Assembly: GCA_045532145.1 (NCBI GenBank)
Contig: JAZSFJ010000102.1
Coordinates: 1-61,115 of the forward strand
Length of the DNA: 61,115 bases
Direction of reading: 5' to 3'
DNA from: Oscillospiraceae bacterium
Lineage (GTDB): Bacteria > Bacillota > Clostridia > Oscillospirales > Oscillospiraceae
A program made the position numbers and the translations under genes. The notes beneath the pieces were generated by a model. It was not told the origin of the DNA. It did not search any database and worked only from the letters and a program-made list of their open reading frames with translations. Below, piece after piece: positions 43,990 through 51,684 of the stretch. Numbering within the stretch: position 1 is the stretch's first letter; every line of letters starts with the position of its first letter.

Positions 43990-45200
43990 TATTCTGCCTC
44001 CTTATCAAGAACTACAATGCCCGTGGGCAGGGGACGCTGGCCCACAAGGGAGGAGCTGATGTTCAGAAATTCGCCATTATAAAGCATGGAGGAGGAGCTG
44101 CCGCCGTCCAGATTAAGGGCGTTCACAGCGCCGTAGGAGAGCATAACATCGGCCACATCCTCATAGGTGGCACCCATGGAGCCCACCTGTCTGCCGTTGA
44201 TAACAAGAAGGAGTATGGCGCCGTCGCTTCTCTGGCCGATAGCGGTGCGGGGGTTGAGACCGCTGCTGAGACCGTCGCACTTTTCGCCGTTGACAACGAG
44301 AACAGGACCGAAGGAAACGGCCCACTCGGCATTAAGAGCCATAGCCTCGTTGCCGGTCATATTGCCCACATGGAGAATACCGTCATAGTCAATTACAGCG
44401 GTGGCTGCTCTGGTGTTGGCTCCGTAAAGCAGCTTGCCCTCGTGGATAACTACGCCCAGGGGGATGCCGCCGTTTCCGGTGCCGTTGGGGTCGTCAAAGC
44501 CGCCGGCGTTGGTGCCGCCAACGCCTCCGTAGGAATCAATCATGTCAGGAAGAAGCTGTCCCGCGGCGCCAAGCTGATTGGATACGCCTACAATGACACG
44601 CTCAGGGTCGGAAACAATCATCAGCTTGCCCTTGAAAGTGGCTCCGGAGACATCCAGTATCTCAAGCTCCGCGGTCTCGCCGTCCTCACCGCTGCCCTCT
44701 TCGTCGGACTTGGAGGCAATGGTGATGAGGCTTGTGTCCACATTTTCAAGAATGTCGTCAGGCTTGTTGGCTTCTTCAATAAGGGCAATTTCCTCTTCGC
44801 TGAGGAATATGCCGGCTACAAAGCCTGCGGCGCTGGTCTCGCGGAGGGAGAGAACGAAAAGGTCTCTTGCGCTCTCGCTGGGACCTTTGCTCATTATGTA
44901 AACCACACCCAAAGCTCCGGCAAGAATGATTATAACGGTCGCAAGCACAAAGCTGAGCACACGGGCGATAATGCCGAAAACACCCACTTTTTTGCGCTTT
45001 TTTGGCGCCTCAGTCTCTTCAACAGGGAAAACCTCGGGCTCTTCATGGGGCTGGGGAGCATATTCATAGTGGACGGGCTCGGCTGTGGTGGGGAACTGGG
45101 CCTCGGCGGCACGTTCTATCTCCGCCAACTCCTCGGGGGAGAGGATGCCGGAGAGGTCTATATCCTCCCGATCCAGAAGGGAAATATCGTTTTTATCCAT
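43989..45200 (-). CDS. Phosphodiester glycosidase (NAGPA/DUF2233-like) family membrane protein
   Basis: TM anchor VGVFGIIARVLSFVLATVIIILAG. C-terminal GAVNALNLDGGSSSSMLYNGEF and PRTAIGQRSDG motifs are typical of the family. Confidence 0.7.
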   Translation of the reverse strand: MDKNDISLLDREDIDLSGILSPEELAEIERAAEAQFPTTAEPVHYEYAPQPHEEPEVFPVEETEAPKKRKKVGVFGIIARVLSFVLATVIIILAGALGVVYIMSKGPSESARDLFVLSLRETSAAGFVAGIFLSEEEIALIEEANKPDDILENVDTSLITIASKSDEEGSGEDGETAELEILDVSGATFKGKLMIVSDPERVIVGVSNQLGAAGQLLPDMIDSYGGVGGTNAGGFDDPNGTGNGGIPLGVVIHEGKLLYGANTRAATAVIDYDGILHVGNMTGNEAMALNAEWAVSFGPVLVVNGEKCDGLSSGLNPRTAIGQRSDGAILLLVINGRQVGSMGATYEDVADVMLSYGAVNALNLDGGSSSSMLYNGEFLNISSSLVGQRPLPTGIVVLDKEAE

Positions 45201-45280
45201 ATATTTTTTTACTCATTTCATCTGATATTTTCTGACAGAGTGTGTGGGCATACTACCCCAGTTTCTCTATCGCACCCTAC

Positions 45281-45289
45281 ATTATAACA
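45281..45289 (-). promoter_or_regulatory. Extended -10 promoter candidate (TGTTATAAT) for the minus-strand cassette
   Basis: Consensus TATAAT with an upstream TG on the minus strand, about 80 nt upstream of ATG 45200. Confidence 0.35.
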
Positions 45290-45409
45290 TAGTATTTCAA
45301 AATTACCAGATTAAATTGAGCAAAGCGTCGAAGTATTTTGGAAAAGGGAGGACATAAAAGCCACTGCAGGCGAATAGATATTGCCAAGGCCAACAAAGGA
45401 GAGTTAATT

Positions 45410-45604
45410 ATGGACGTTGAACTTATTTTCAAAATAGCAGCTGTGGGCATAATGGTGGCGGTGCTGAATATCCTGCTTTCCCGCTCGGGAAGGGACGAGC
45501 AGGCATTAATGGTGACTATTGCGGGGCTTGTCTGTGTGCTTGTGATAGTGGTGCAGGAGATAAGCGCCCTTTTCTCCCTGATCAAGGACCTATTCTCACT
45601 CTGA
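45410..45604 (+). CDS. spoIIIAC: Stage III sporulation protein AC
   Basis: 64 aa, two TM. IFKIAAVGIMVAVLNILLSRSGRDEQ resembles B. subtilis SpoIIIAC. Start at ATG 45410 (AAAGGAGAG RBS). Confidence 0.85.
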   Translation: MDVELIFKIAAVGIMVAVLNILLSRSGRDEQALMVTIAGLVCVLVIVVQEISALFSLIKDLFSL

Positions 45605-45605
45605 A

Positions 45606-45992
45606 ATGGAGATACTACTGAAAACTGCGGCGGCTGCAATAATGGCCTGCGCCGTGTGTCTGCTGCTGAAAAAGAACAGCCCGGAGATGGGACTGCCTGT
45701 CTCTATTCTCGTCTGCGTCGGGGGACTTGCCCTTGGCGCCGGCTTGCTGAGTCCCATAATGGAGCTTCTTAGCTCCGCAAGGAAGCTTAGCGGACTTTCA
45801 GACGCGCTGTTTTATCCCGTGGTCAAAAGCCTTGGTATAGGAGTCTGCGCAAAGCTTTCCGCAGACATATGCCGGGACAGCGGACAGGCTGCCATTGGGG
45901 GAACTCTTGAAACACTGGGCGCAGTCTGCGCTTTGTATGCCTCTCTGCCTCTCATGGAAACTCTTCTGGACATGCTGGAGGAGCTTTTATGA
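45606..45992 (+). CDS. spoIIIAD: Stage III sporulation protein AD
   Basis: 128 aa. CRDSGQAAIGGTLETLG matches the conserved (K/R)D(A/S)GQ.AI motif of SpoIIIAD. Confidence 0.85.
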   Translation: MEILLKTAAAAIMACAVCLLLKKNSPEMGLPVSILVCVGGLALGAGLLSPIMELLSSARKLSGLSDALFYPVVKSLGIGVCAKLSADICRDSGQAAIGGTLETLGAVCALYASLPLMETLLDMLEELL

Positions 45993-47050
45993 GAAAACTA
46001 TTCCTAATTCTCTTTTTTACTGTGGCTCTGAGCATCCCTGTTAATGCTGCCTATGGAAGTGATGAGGTGGAAAGCTCGCTGACTGGCTCGGCATCTGAGA
46101 TAATGGGAGATCTCAGCCTTGATACATTCACAGCCGAGGGTCTCATGGACAGACTCTGGAACTACATAGCCTCTCATATCCGATCCGAGCTTCGGGCGGT
46201 GCTGCGGCCTGTGACTGCGGTGGTGGCGGCGTCTGTGCTGTGCTCTGTGGGAGACGGTTTGCAATTGAAAAAGGAAATAGATTATGTTAACCTCGCCGGA
46301 TGTCTAGCCATTGCTGTTGCGGCGCTGGGGGATGTGAACTCTGTGGCCTCCATGGGAAGACAGGCCCTTGAGGATATACAGGAATTTTCCCGTGTGCTGC
46401 TGCCGGTGCTGGCTTCAGCTTCCGCCGGGGCGGGGGCTGTGGGCTCCTCCGCTGCAAAATACGCAGCAACGGCTCTTTTTATGGATGTGCTTATAGCCCT
46501 TGCAGGAAATGTTTTGCTGCCAATGCTTGGGGCCTATACTGCTGCCCTTACCGCCTCCGCTGCCACGGGAGACGGTCGCCTCAAGGGGGCGGTGAAGCTG
46601 ATGAAGTGGCTGAGTAAAATAAGCCTCACGGCCCTTGTGTCCCTGTTCACATTTTATCTTGGTATCTCGGGAATAGCGGCCTCGGGGGCTGACGCTGCTG
46701 CGTCCAAAGCTGCCAAGGCCATAATTAGCTCCTTTGTTCCCGTGGTGGGTAAGATGGTGGCCGGGACCTCGGATACCCTTGCCGCCGGGGCCATGCTGAT
46801 AAGAAACTCAGTTGGAGTCTTCGGACTGGGTGCGGTTCTGGCACTGTGCGCCGCGCCTTTTCTGGCCATCGGCCTGCGCTACCTTCTTTTCAAAGCTGCG
46901 GCAGCGGTGGTGTGCCTTGTTTCCGGGGACAGAATAGGCTCTTTTGTGGAGGGGCTGGGCAGCGTTTATGGAATGCTGCTGGGCCTTGTAGGTACGGGAG
47001 CGGTTTTCATGTTTATTTCTATTCTCTCTTTGATAAGGACGGTGGTTTAG
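45989..47050 (+). CDS. spoIIIAE: Stage III sporulation protein AE
   Basis: 353 aa with a signal peptide and a polytopic Ala/Gly-rich membrane domain. ATGA overlap with spoIIIAD. Confidence 0.85.
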   Translation: MRKLFLILFFTVALSIPVNAAYGSDEVESSLTGSASEIMGDLSLDTFTAEGLMDRLWNYIASHIRSELRAVLRPVTAVVAASVLCSVGDGLQLKKEIDYVNLAGCLAIAVAALGDVNSVASMGRQALEDIQEFSRVLLPVLASASAGAGAVGSSAAKYAATALFMDVLIALAGNVLLPMLGAYTAALTASAATGDGRLKGAVKLMKWLSKISLTALVSLFTFYLGISGIAASGADAAASKAAKAIISSFVPVVGKMVAGTSDTLAAGAMLIRNSVGVFGLGAVLALCAAPFLAIGLRYLLFKAAAAVVCLVSGDRIGSFVEGLGSVYGMLLGLVGTGAVFMFISILSLIRTVV

Positions 47051-47052
47051 AT

Positions 47053-47538
47053 TTGACAGAAATTCTGGGTAAATGGGTGCTGGGCCTTTCCGGAGCCGCA
47101 GTTTTTTGCGCTGCAATGCTTGAACTGTGTCCCAAAGGTCCTGTTAAAAATGTGGTAAAAACCCTCTGCGGTATGGTCATGGCTGTGGCTCTTGTGTCTC
47201 CTCTTGTGTATTCGGAAATGCCATCATATTCAATGAATCTGGCCAAATACCGAGCCATAGGGGAGAAGGCTGCCTCCGCGGGACTGGAGGAAACGAACTC
47301 CCTTTCAAGGACAATCATAGAAGAGGAATGCCGCGCATATATATTGGACAAAGGGAAGGCCCTTGAAGCGGATATTACTGATGCTGCAGTAGGGCTGAAG
47401 TGGAGCGGGGAGGGCTTCTGGTATCCCGTTGAATGTGAGATAGAAGGAAAATACCACTCCGGCCTTGCCGCCGCTATAAGCGGGGAGCTTGGCATAGGTG
47501 AGGAGAAGCAGAAATGGACGGAATATGAAGGTGCATGA
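47053..47538 (+). CDS. spoIIIAF: Stage III sporulation protein AF
   Basis: Position between AE and AG, with an N-terminal double TM. The start is uncertain: TTG 47053 lies 2 nt after the AE stop, and the track ORF 46846.. runs into AE. Confidence 0.65.
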   Translation: MTEILGKWVLGLSGAAVFCAAMLELCPKGPVKNVVKTLCGMVMAVALVSPLVYSEMPSYSMNLAKYRAIGEKAASAGLEETNSLSRTIIEEECRAYILDKGKALEADITDAAVGLKWSGEGFWYPVECEIEGKYHSGLAAAISGELGIGEEKQKWTEYEGA

Positions 47539-47896
47539 TCTCAGCGGCCTTTGGAAGGCTCTGGCAAAAAACAAATATGTGCTGATGGTTGTGGCTTTGG
47601 CTCTGGTGCTTATGCTGCTGCCATCGGGCTCTTCGAAGGGACTTGCTGCCTCGGCGGGGCAGGGAGCGGAGCTTGAATCCTCGGGAATAGCGCTGGACAC
47701 GGAGTGTGCAAGAATAGGAGAATTCCTCAGCCAGATAGAGGGGGTGGGGGAGGCCAGGGTGCTCCTCAGCGCCGAGGGCGCAGTTATAGTTTGTCAGGGA
47801 GCTGATACAAGCTCCGTGCGCCTTTGTGTGACAAACGCAGTCTCGGCCTACACGGGCCTTGGCAGCGACAAGATACGCGTAATCAAAATGAAATGA
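47525..47896 (+). CDS. spoIIIAG: Stage III sporulation protein AG
   Basis: N-terminal TM, then IEGVGEARVLLS..GAVIVCQGAD, typical of the SpoIIIAG ring-building motif region. Start at ATG 47525. Confidence 0.8.
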   Translation: MKVHDLSGLWKALAKNKYVLMVVALALVLMLLPSGSSKGLAASAGQGAELESSGIALDTECARIGEFLSQIEGVGEARVLLSAEGAVIVCQGADTSSVRLCVTNAVSAYTGLGSDKIRVIKMK

Positions 47897-47912
47897 TATT
47901 CAGGAGGCGTTT

Positions 47913-48482
47913 TTGAAAGTGAAGAAGAATCTCAAGAGGAACATAGTAATGTGCGCGGTGCTGCTTTTTGTCTGCGCATCGGTTTATCTGAACTGGAGCT
48001 ACAATAACCGCTGGGGCAAGGCCAACGAGGCTATGGTGGAGGCGGAGGATGAGGCAATGGAGCAGGCGGATGAGCTTTATGAGCAGGCCCTGGCCGAGGA
48101 GGAAGCGAAGAGCGAGACTGTAAGCTCCTATTTTGCCTCCGCCCGTCTCACCCGCCAGCAGTCCCGTGACGAGGCCCTGAGCCTTCTGGAGTCTGCCGCA
48201 AGTTCGGAGTCTGCCAGTCAGGAAACCATAGACTCGGCTATGGAGTCCATAGCCGCCATGGCCACATGGAGCATGCAGGAGACCCAGATAGAAAACCTCC
48301 TTCTGGCCCGCGACTTTGATGACTGCGTGGTTTATATGAGCGCCGAGGGTGTCACCGTTGCCGTGCCTGCACCGGAAGAGGGCCTCAGCGAGGCCACCGT
48401 AGCCCGCATTACGGACACCATTACAAGCGAGACTGACTTCGCCGCCAGCCAGCTGAAAATTATCGAAGTGAAAGATAATTGA
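47913..48482 (+). CDS. spoIIIAH: Stage III sporulation protein AH
   Basis: N-terminal TM, an acidic linker, and a C-terminal YscJ/FliF-like region ETQIENLLLARDFDDCVVYMSAEGVTVAV. AGGAGG RBS; TTG or GTG start. Confidence 0.8.
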   Translation: MKVKKNLKRNIVMCAVLLFVCASVYLNWSYNNRWGKANEAMVEAEDEAMEQADELYEQALAEEEAKSETVSSYFASARLTRQQSRDEALSLLESAASSESASQETIDSAMESIAAMATWSMQETQIENLLLARDFDDCVVYMSAEGVTVAVPAPEEGLSEATVARITDTITSETDFAASQLKIIEVKDN

Positions 48483-48495
48483 ATAGTCATAAAGA

Positions 48496-48530
48496 AAGCG
48501 CCGATTGGTTTTGTGTACCAATCGGCGCTT
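48496..48530. terminator. Bidirectional rho-independent terminator
   Basis: Perfect 14-bp stem AAGCGCCGATTGGT-tttgtgt-ACCAATCGGCGCTT between convergent spoIIIAH and the DUF2812 gene. Confidence 0.8.
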
Positions 48531-48561
48531 AATTTCGTGTCCTCCGTAGTGCGCGACACCC

Positions 48562-49995
48562 TTAGGTGCCCAATTTTCCCGCGATGACGGCGATCTGCTC
48601 CTCGGTGGGGGGCTCCTTCAAGTTCAACACAACTATTCGGTCACCCCAGCGGATGAGGTAGTTATCCATTGGCTGTTTACTTCCTCCCATGTAGTCTGTT
48701 CCGAATTCCTGATATACCTCATCGGCCTTCCAAAGTCCGGCGTCGACAGGCCGGTATTCGTATCTTCCATCGAAAATCGCGTAGTCTTTTTCGTCAAGGG
48801 CATCCTGAAAAATACGTTCAGTCAAAAAACAGAGCTTCACATCAATGATGCTGTAATATAGATCGGGCAGATCACTGCCCACAATGTTCCGCCGAAGGGT
48901 CGCATGGCATCGGTCAAAGCTCATAGCTATAGATTCCTGATGCTCCCTGTAGTTGGAATATAAAGGTCCATTGAACCCTATATCTGTGTCGTAAATATCC
49001 TCGGCATAAAGGGGGAGGGCGTGATGATAAAAGGTGTAGTTGAAATTCTCATATTCATACTCTTCCTCGGGGGCAAGAACAAAGTTTTCTGCCTTAGCCT
49101 CGAAAAAGTCCGCTTCATGAAGTTTGCTTACAGTCCATGTGAGGATGCCTATCATAGCAAAGGAAAGGATAACGCAGAAAATAATGGTGACGGTGACATT
49201 GGTGCCCGCGTCCACCTTCTTACGCTTCATAAGGGCGCTTATCCCGTGGACAAGTATCACTATGGCGAAGTAATATCCCATGCATATCAGGAGTGCCGCG
49301 GAGATGAAACTGTTTCTCTCGGCGAGGATAAAGAGCAAAAATGCTGCGATGAGCAAATAGAGCAGTATAAACATCAAAACTCTGTTGCCACGGGTGGGGA
49401 TGAAGCTGCCGTCCCGACGGGCCGCTTTCAGAGCCCTTGACCGCCAGATAAAATAGCTTCCGAGCTCCGCTGCTCCTATGATAAATACAATGACAGCGCC
49501 GAAAATGGCAAAGAGACTCAGGTTGGTTTTGTAAAAGGCGAGTGGGTTTTTGATGAGGTCATAAATGCGGGGAAGGCCGTTGAGCAGCGCCGCAACGAGA
49601 AAAAGAATATAGCAGGGAAGCTGCTGTTTTTTCATGCCCTTATGTATGCTCTCTATCTCGAGAAGGGCGTCCGTTTCTATGGGGATAGGATTCTCGGCCT
49701 CGTTATAGAATATCTGCATTTGGGCGGCCTCGGCGCAGAACTTCCAGCCGCTGTGCTCGCAAAATTCGCGAAAATGCAGCAGAGACTCGGGAGCCTGCGG
49801 CTCAAAGGAGCTGGTCTTTGAGAAGTAGCTAACGGCAAAGTGTATTCGTCGGGGCTCTACGGGTCGAAAGTGCCAGAAAAATTTCGTGATTTTGTCCAGC
49901 ATCCAGCCCCTGAGGGCCATTTTTTCAAGATAACAGCTTATGCCAGTGCGGTCATGGAAAGTGAACTGGGCAATGACACGTTTATGCTTCCTCAT
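48562..49995 (-). CDS. DUF2812 domain-containing membrane protein
   Basis: N-terminus FHDRTGISCYLEKMALRGWMLDKI is typical of DUF2812, followed by multiple TM segments. Its start overlaps the padR stop (1 nt). Confidence 0.7.
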   Translation of the reverse strand: MRKHKRVIAQFTFHDRTGISCYLEKMALRGWMLDKITKFFWHFRPVEPRRIHFAVSYFSKTSSFEPQAPESLLHFREFCEHSGWKFCAEAAQMQIFYNEAENPIPIETDALLEIESIHKGMKKQQLPCYILFLVAALLNGLPRIYDLIKNPLAFYKTNLSLFAIFGAVIVFIIGAAELGSYFIWRSRALKAARRDGSFIPTRGNRVLMFILLYLLIAAFLLFILAERNSFISAALLICMGYYFAIVILVHGISALMKRKKVDAGTNVTVTIIFCVILSFAMIGILTWTVSKLHEADFFEAKAENFVLAPEEEYEYENFNYTFYHHALPLYAEDIYDTDIGFNGPLYSNYREHQESIAMSFDRCHATLRRNIVGSDLPDLYYSIIDVKLCFLTERIFQDALDEKDYAIFDGRYEYRPVDAGLWKADEVYQEFGTDYMGGSKQPMDNYLIRWGDRIVVLNLKEPPTEEQIAVIAGKLGT

Positions 49996-50315
49996 TATTT
50001 ATCCTCCTTTCCTATAACTTTCATGTAGTCATTAGCCTGTTTTTGGAGGCGTTCATATTCCTTTTTGAGAGCCTCCCGGCCAAGGTCTGTGATAATGTAG
50101 CTGCGTTTGCGGCCAACTGAGCTTGTTTCCCGAATCATGCCACAGGAAACAAACTGCTCCAGAAGGTTATAGAGTGTGCCGGGGCCTACGCTTACCCGGC
50201 CTTCGGTCATAAGGGGAACCCGGTCCATAATGTCCATACCACAGCACTCGCTGCATAGACAGAGAAGGATATAGAACATCTGCTCTGTAAGGGTATGAAA
50301 CTTCGCTCTCGGCAT
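49995..50315 (-). CDS. PadR-family transcriptional regulator
   Basis: 106 aa winged helix: FYILLCLCSECCGMDIMDRV...GTLYNLLEQFVSCGMI...RKRSYIITDLGREAL. Confidence 0.85.
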   Translation of the reverse strand: MPRAKFHTLTEQMFYILLCLCSECCGMDIMDRVPLMTEGRVSVGPGTLYNLLEQFVSCGMIRETSSVGRKRSYIITDLGREALKKEYERLQKQANDYMKVIGKEDK

Positions 50316-50356
50316 ATCCTACCTCCTTATATCGAATATCGTTAATGTCAAGTTTA

Positions 50357-50385
50357 GTATATTATCGATGTTCGATAATGTCAAG
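50357..50385 (-). promoter_or_regulatory. Near-consensus SigA promoter of padR-DUF2812 (TTGACA-17-TATACT) with a palindromic spacer
   Basis: Minus-strand TTGACA at 50385..50380 and TATACT at 50362..50357. The spacer is the palindrome TTATCGA-aca-TCGATAA. A second CTTGACATTA(A/T)CGA copy lies at approx. 50339-50353. Confidence 0.55.
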
Positions 50386-50404
50386 AATAATCGCTGTTTT
50401 ATAT

Positions 50405-50631
50405 CGGCGGGCTGAGGGCAGGGCGCCCTACGGATACAAATTTTAAGCCCCATTCAACGCACCAATTGTCGTGTGTGAGCCCGTGGCCATCGGTTGCACC
50501 AGCGGCACATACCTGGTCAAGCACTAAGCCGGGCGAAGAGTGGGCGTGCTTTACTCCTGGTGTAGGGGCGGACCACTGTGTCCGCCCGAAACTACCACCG
50601 ACTCAATGAGGCTGCGATGCGCCCTGCGGAT
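50405..50631. repeat. Noncoding repeat island with units related to the 33.6-kb cluster plus a direct repeat
   Basis: Direct repeat ..TGAGG..GCGCCCT(A/G)CGGAT at 50405-50435 and 50607-50631. Unit CCGTGGCCATCGGTTGCACCAGCGG at 50481-50505 resembles unit B. Hairpin GTAGGGGCGGAC-cactgt-GTCCGCCCG at 50562-50588 has a perfect 8-bp stem. Confidence 0.65.
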
Positions 50632-50798
50632 GCAGCAGGGGCTTTTATAACGGAATAATTTCAACCCGGATGGCCCTTGCCTCTCCGGCAATACCGGCGG
50701 ATTTTTTCTGCCGACCCAAGAAAAATTGAAATTACTATTTATTTTTTTCCATATCTGTGTTAACATAGCTTAGTTACTAATATACGGAGGTAATTTCA

Positions 50799-51158
50799 AT
50801 GCCCGATAATTACATCAGCATTTCCGCCGAAAAGGGAAGCATCAATGTTTCCGAGGAGGTTATCGCCATAATCGCAGGCTCTGCCATTTCCGAGACCGAG
50901 GGAGTTGCCGGCCTTTCCAACACCGTTGGCAGCGAGATTTATGACTTCATCGGCAGAAAGTCTGTTACCAAAGGAATAAAGGTCTCTTTTGAGGAGAGCA
51001 CCATTGTTATTGAGGCCACCATTATGGTACGCTTCGGCACCACCATCGCCACCATCGCAGAGAAGGTGCAGTCCGCCGTTGCCGGTGCCGTTGAGTCTAT
51101 GACCGGCATTAGCCCCGTGGTCAATGTCCGCGTGGCAGGCATTTCTTTTGACAAGTAA
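50799..51158 (+). CDS. Asp23/Gls24-family envelope stress (alkaline shock) protein
   Basis: GSINVSEEVIAIIAGSAISETEGVAGL...GIKV...V.VRV.GI pattern. Same position as B. subtilis yqhY, downstream of spoIIIA. Confidence 0.85.
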   Translation: MPDNYISISAEKGSINVSEEVIAIIAGSAISETEGVAGLSNTVGSEIYDFIGRKSVTKGIKVSFEESTIVIEATIMVRFGTTIATIAEKVQSAVAGAVESMTGISPVVNVRVAGISFDK

Positions 51159-51178
51159 GTTTTTCGGAGGGTGAAAAG

Positions 51179-51637
51179 ATGACCAGAACAACAGCCAGAG
51201 AGATAGCGGTTCAGCTGGGCTTCTCCCTTGTGATGACCGAGCAGTTTGCAGATGAGCTCCTGGACGAATTTTTCGACCATGAGCATTATGACAGTCTCGG
51301 CAAGGAAAATCCCCTCTATGCCGAGTATCCCGAGCGCAAGCAGATGGATTATATCCGCGCTCTTGTGCAGCTGATATTTGAGCACCGCGTGGAGCTGGAT
51401 GTCTATATAGAGAAGTACGCAAAGGGCTGGAAGGTTGGCCGCATCAGCAAGACCGCCGCAGCCATCATGCGCTGCGCCATGTGCGAGATTCTCTATATGC
51501 CCGATATCCCCAATGCTGCCGCCATCAACGAGGCGGTTGAGCTTGCCAAGGGCTATGAGGACGAGGACGTTGTGGCCTTCATTAACGGAGTGCTGGGCGG
51601 CTTCATTCGCGGCGAAGTGGAAGCACAGGAAGAATAA
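51179..51637 (+). CDS. nusB: Transcription antitermination factor NusB
   Basis: MTRTTAREIAVQLGF...W...RISKTAAAIMRCAMCEILYM.DIP..AAINEAVELAK. Confidence 0.9.
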   Translation: MTRTTAREIAVQLGFSLVMTEQFADELLDEFFDHEHYDSLGKENPLYAEYPERKQMDYIRALVQLIFEHRVELDVYIEKYAKGWKVGRISKTAAAIMRCAMCEILYMPDIPNAAAINEAVELAKGYEDEDVVAFINGVLGGFIRGEVEAQEE

Positions 51638-51650
51638 ACCAAAATTCAAA

Positions 51651-51671
51651 GGGCGCACTTTTGGTGCGCCC
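51651..51671 (+). terminator. Short hairpin between nusB and xseA (possible weak terminator or attenuator)
   Basis: GGGCGCAC-ttttg-GTGCGCCC, 8-bp perfect stem. The tail ATATTTATA is only moderately T-rich. Confidence 0.35.
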
Positions 51672-51684
51672 ATATTTATAACTG

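Noticed and set aside
42550-45287. + strand ORFs 42550-44082 (510 aa) and 44370-45287 (305 aa)
   Set aside because: They lie antisense to the minus-strand cassette genes. Those genes have a GT2 DDGS motif, TM anchors, an NAGPA-like LDGGSSS motif and coupled start/stop junctions. The + strand ORFs have no RBS or motifs.
45201-45409. SigE-type promoter for spoIIIAC-AH
   Set aside because: The candidate -10-like elements (CATACTAC at 45249, CATAGTAT at 45288, CATAAAAG at 45353) lack a correctly spaced -35 ATA element. It is not reported as a feature and needs a PWM scan or transcript mapping.
50405-50631. Possible CRISPR array or riboswitch in the 50.4-50.8 kb noncoding island
   Set aside because: There are only two direct-repeat copies, about 200 bp apart, imperfect, and no cas genes, so this is not a CRISPR array. 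I could not recognise any conserved riboswitch or T-box core (no specifier/T-box motif, no known aptamer signature). It is kept as an unexplained repeat island instead.
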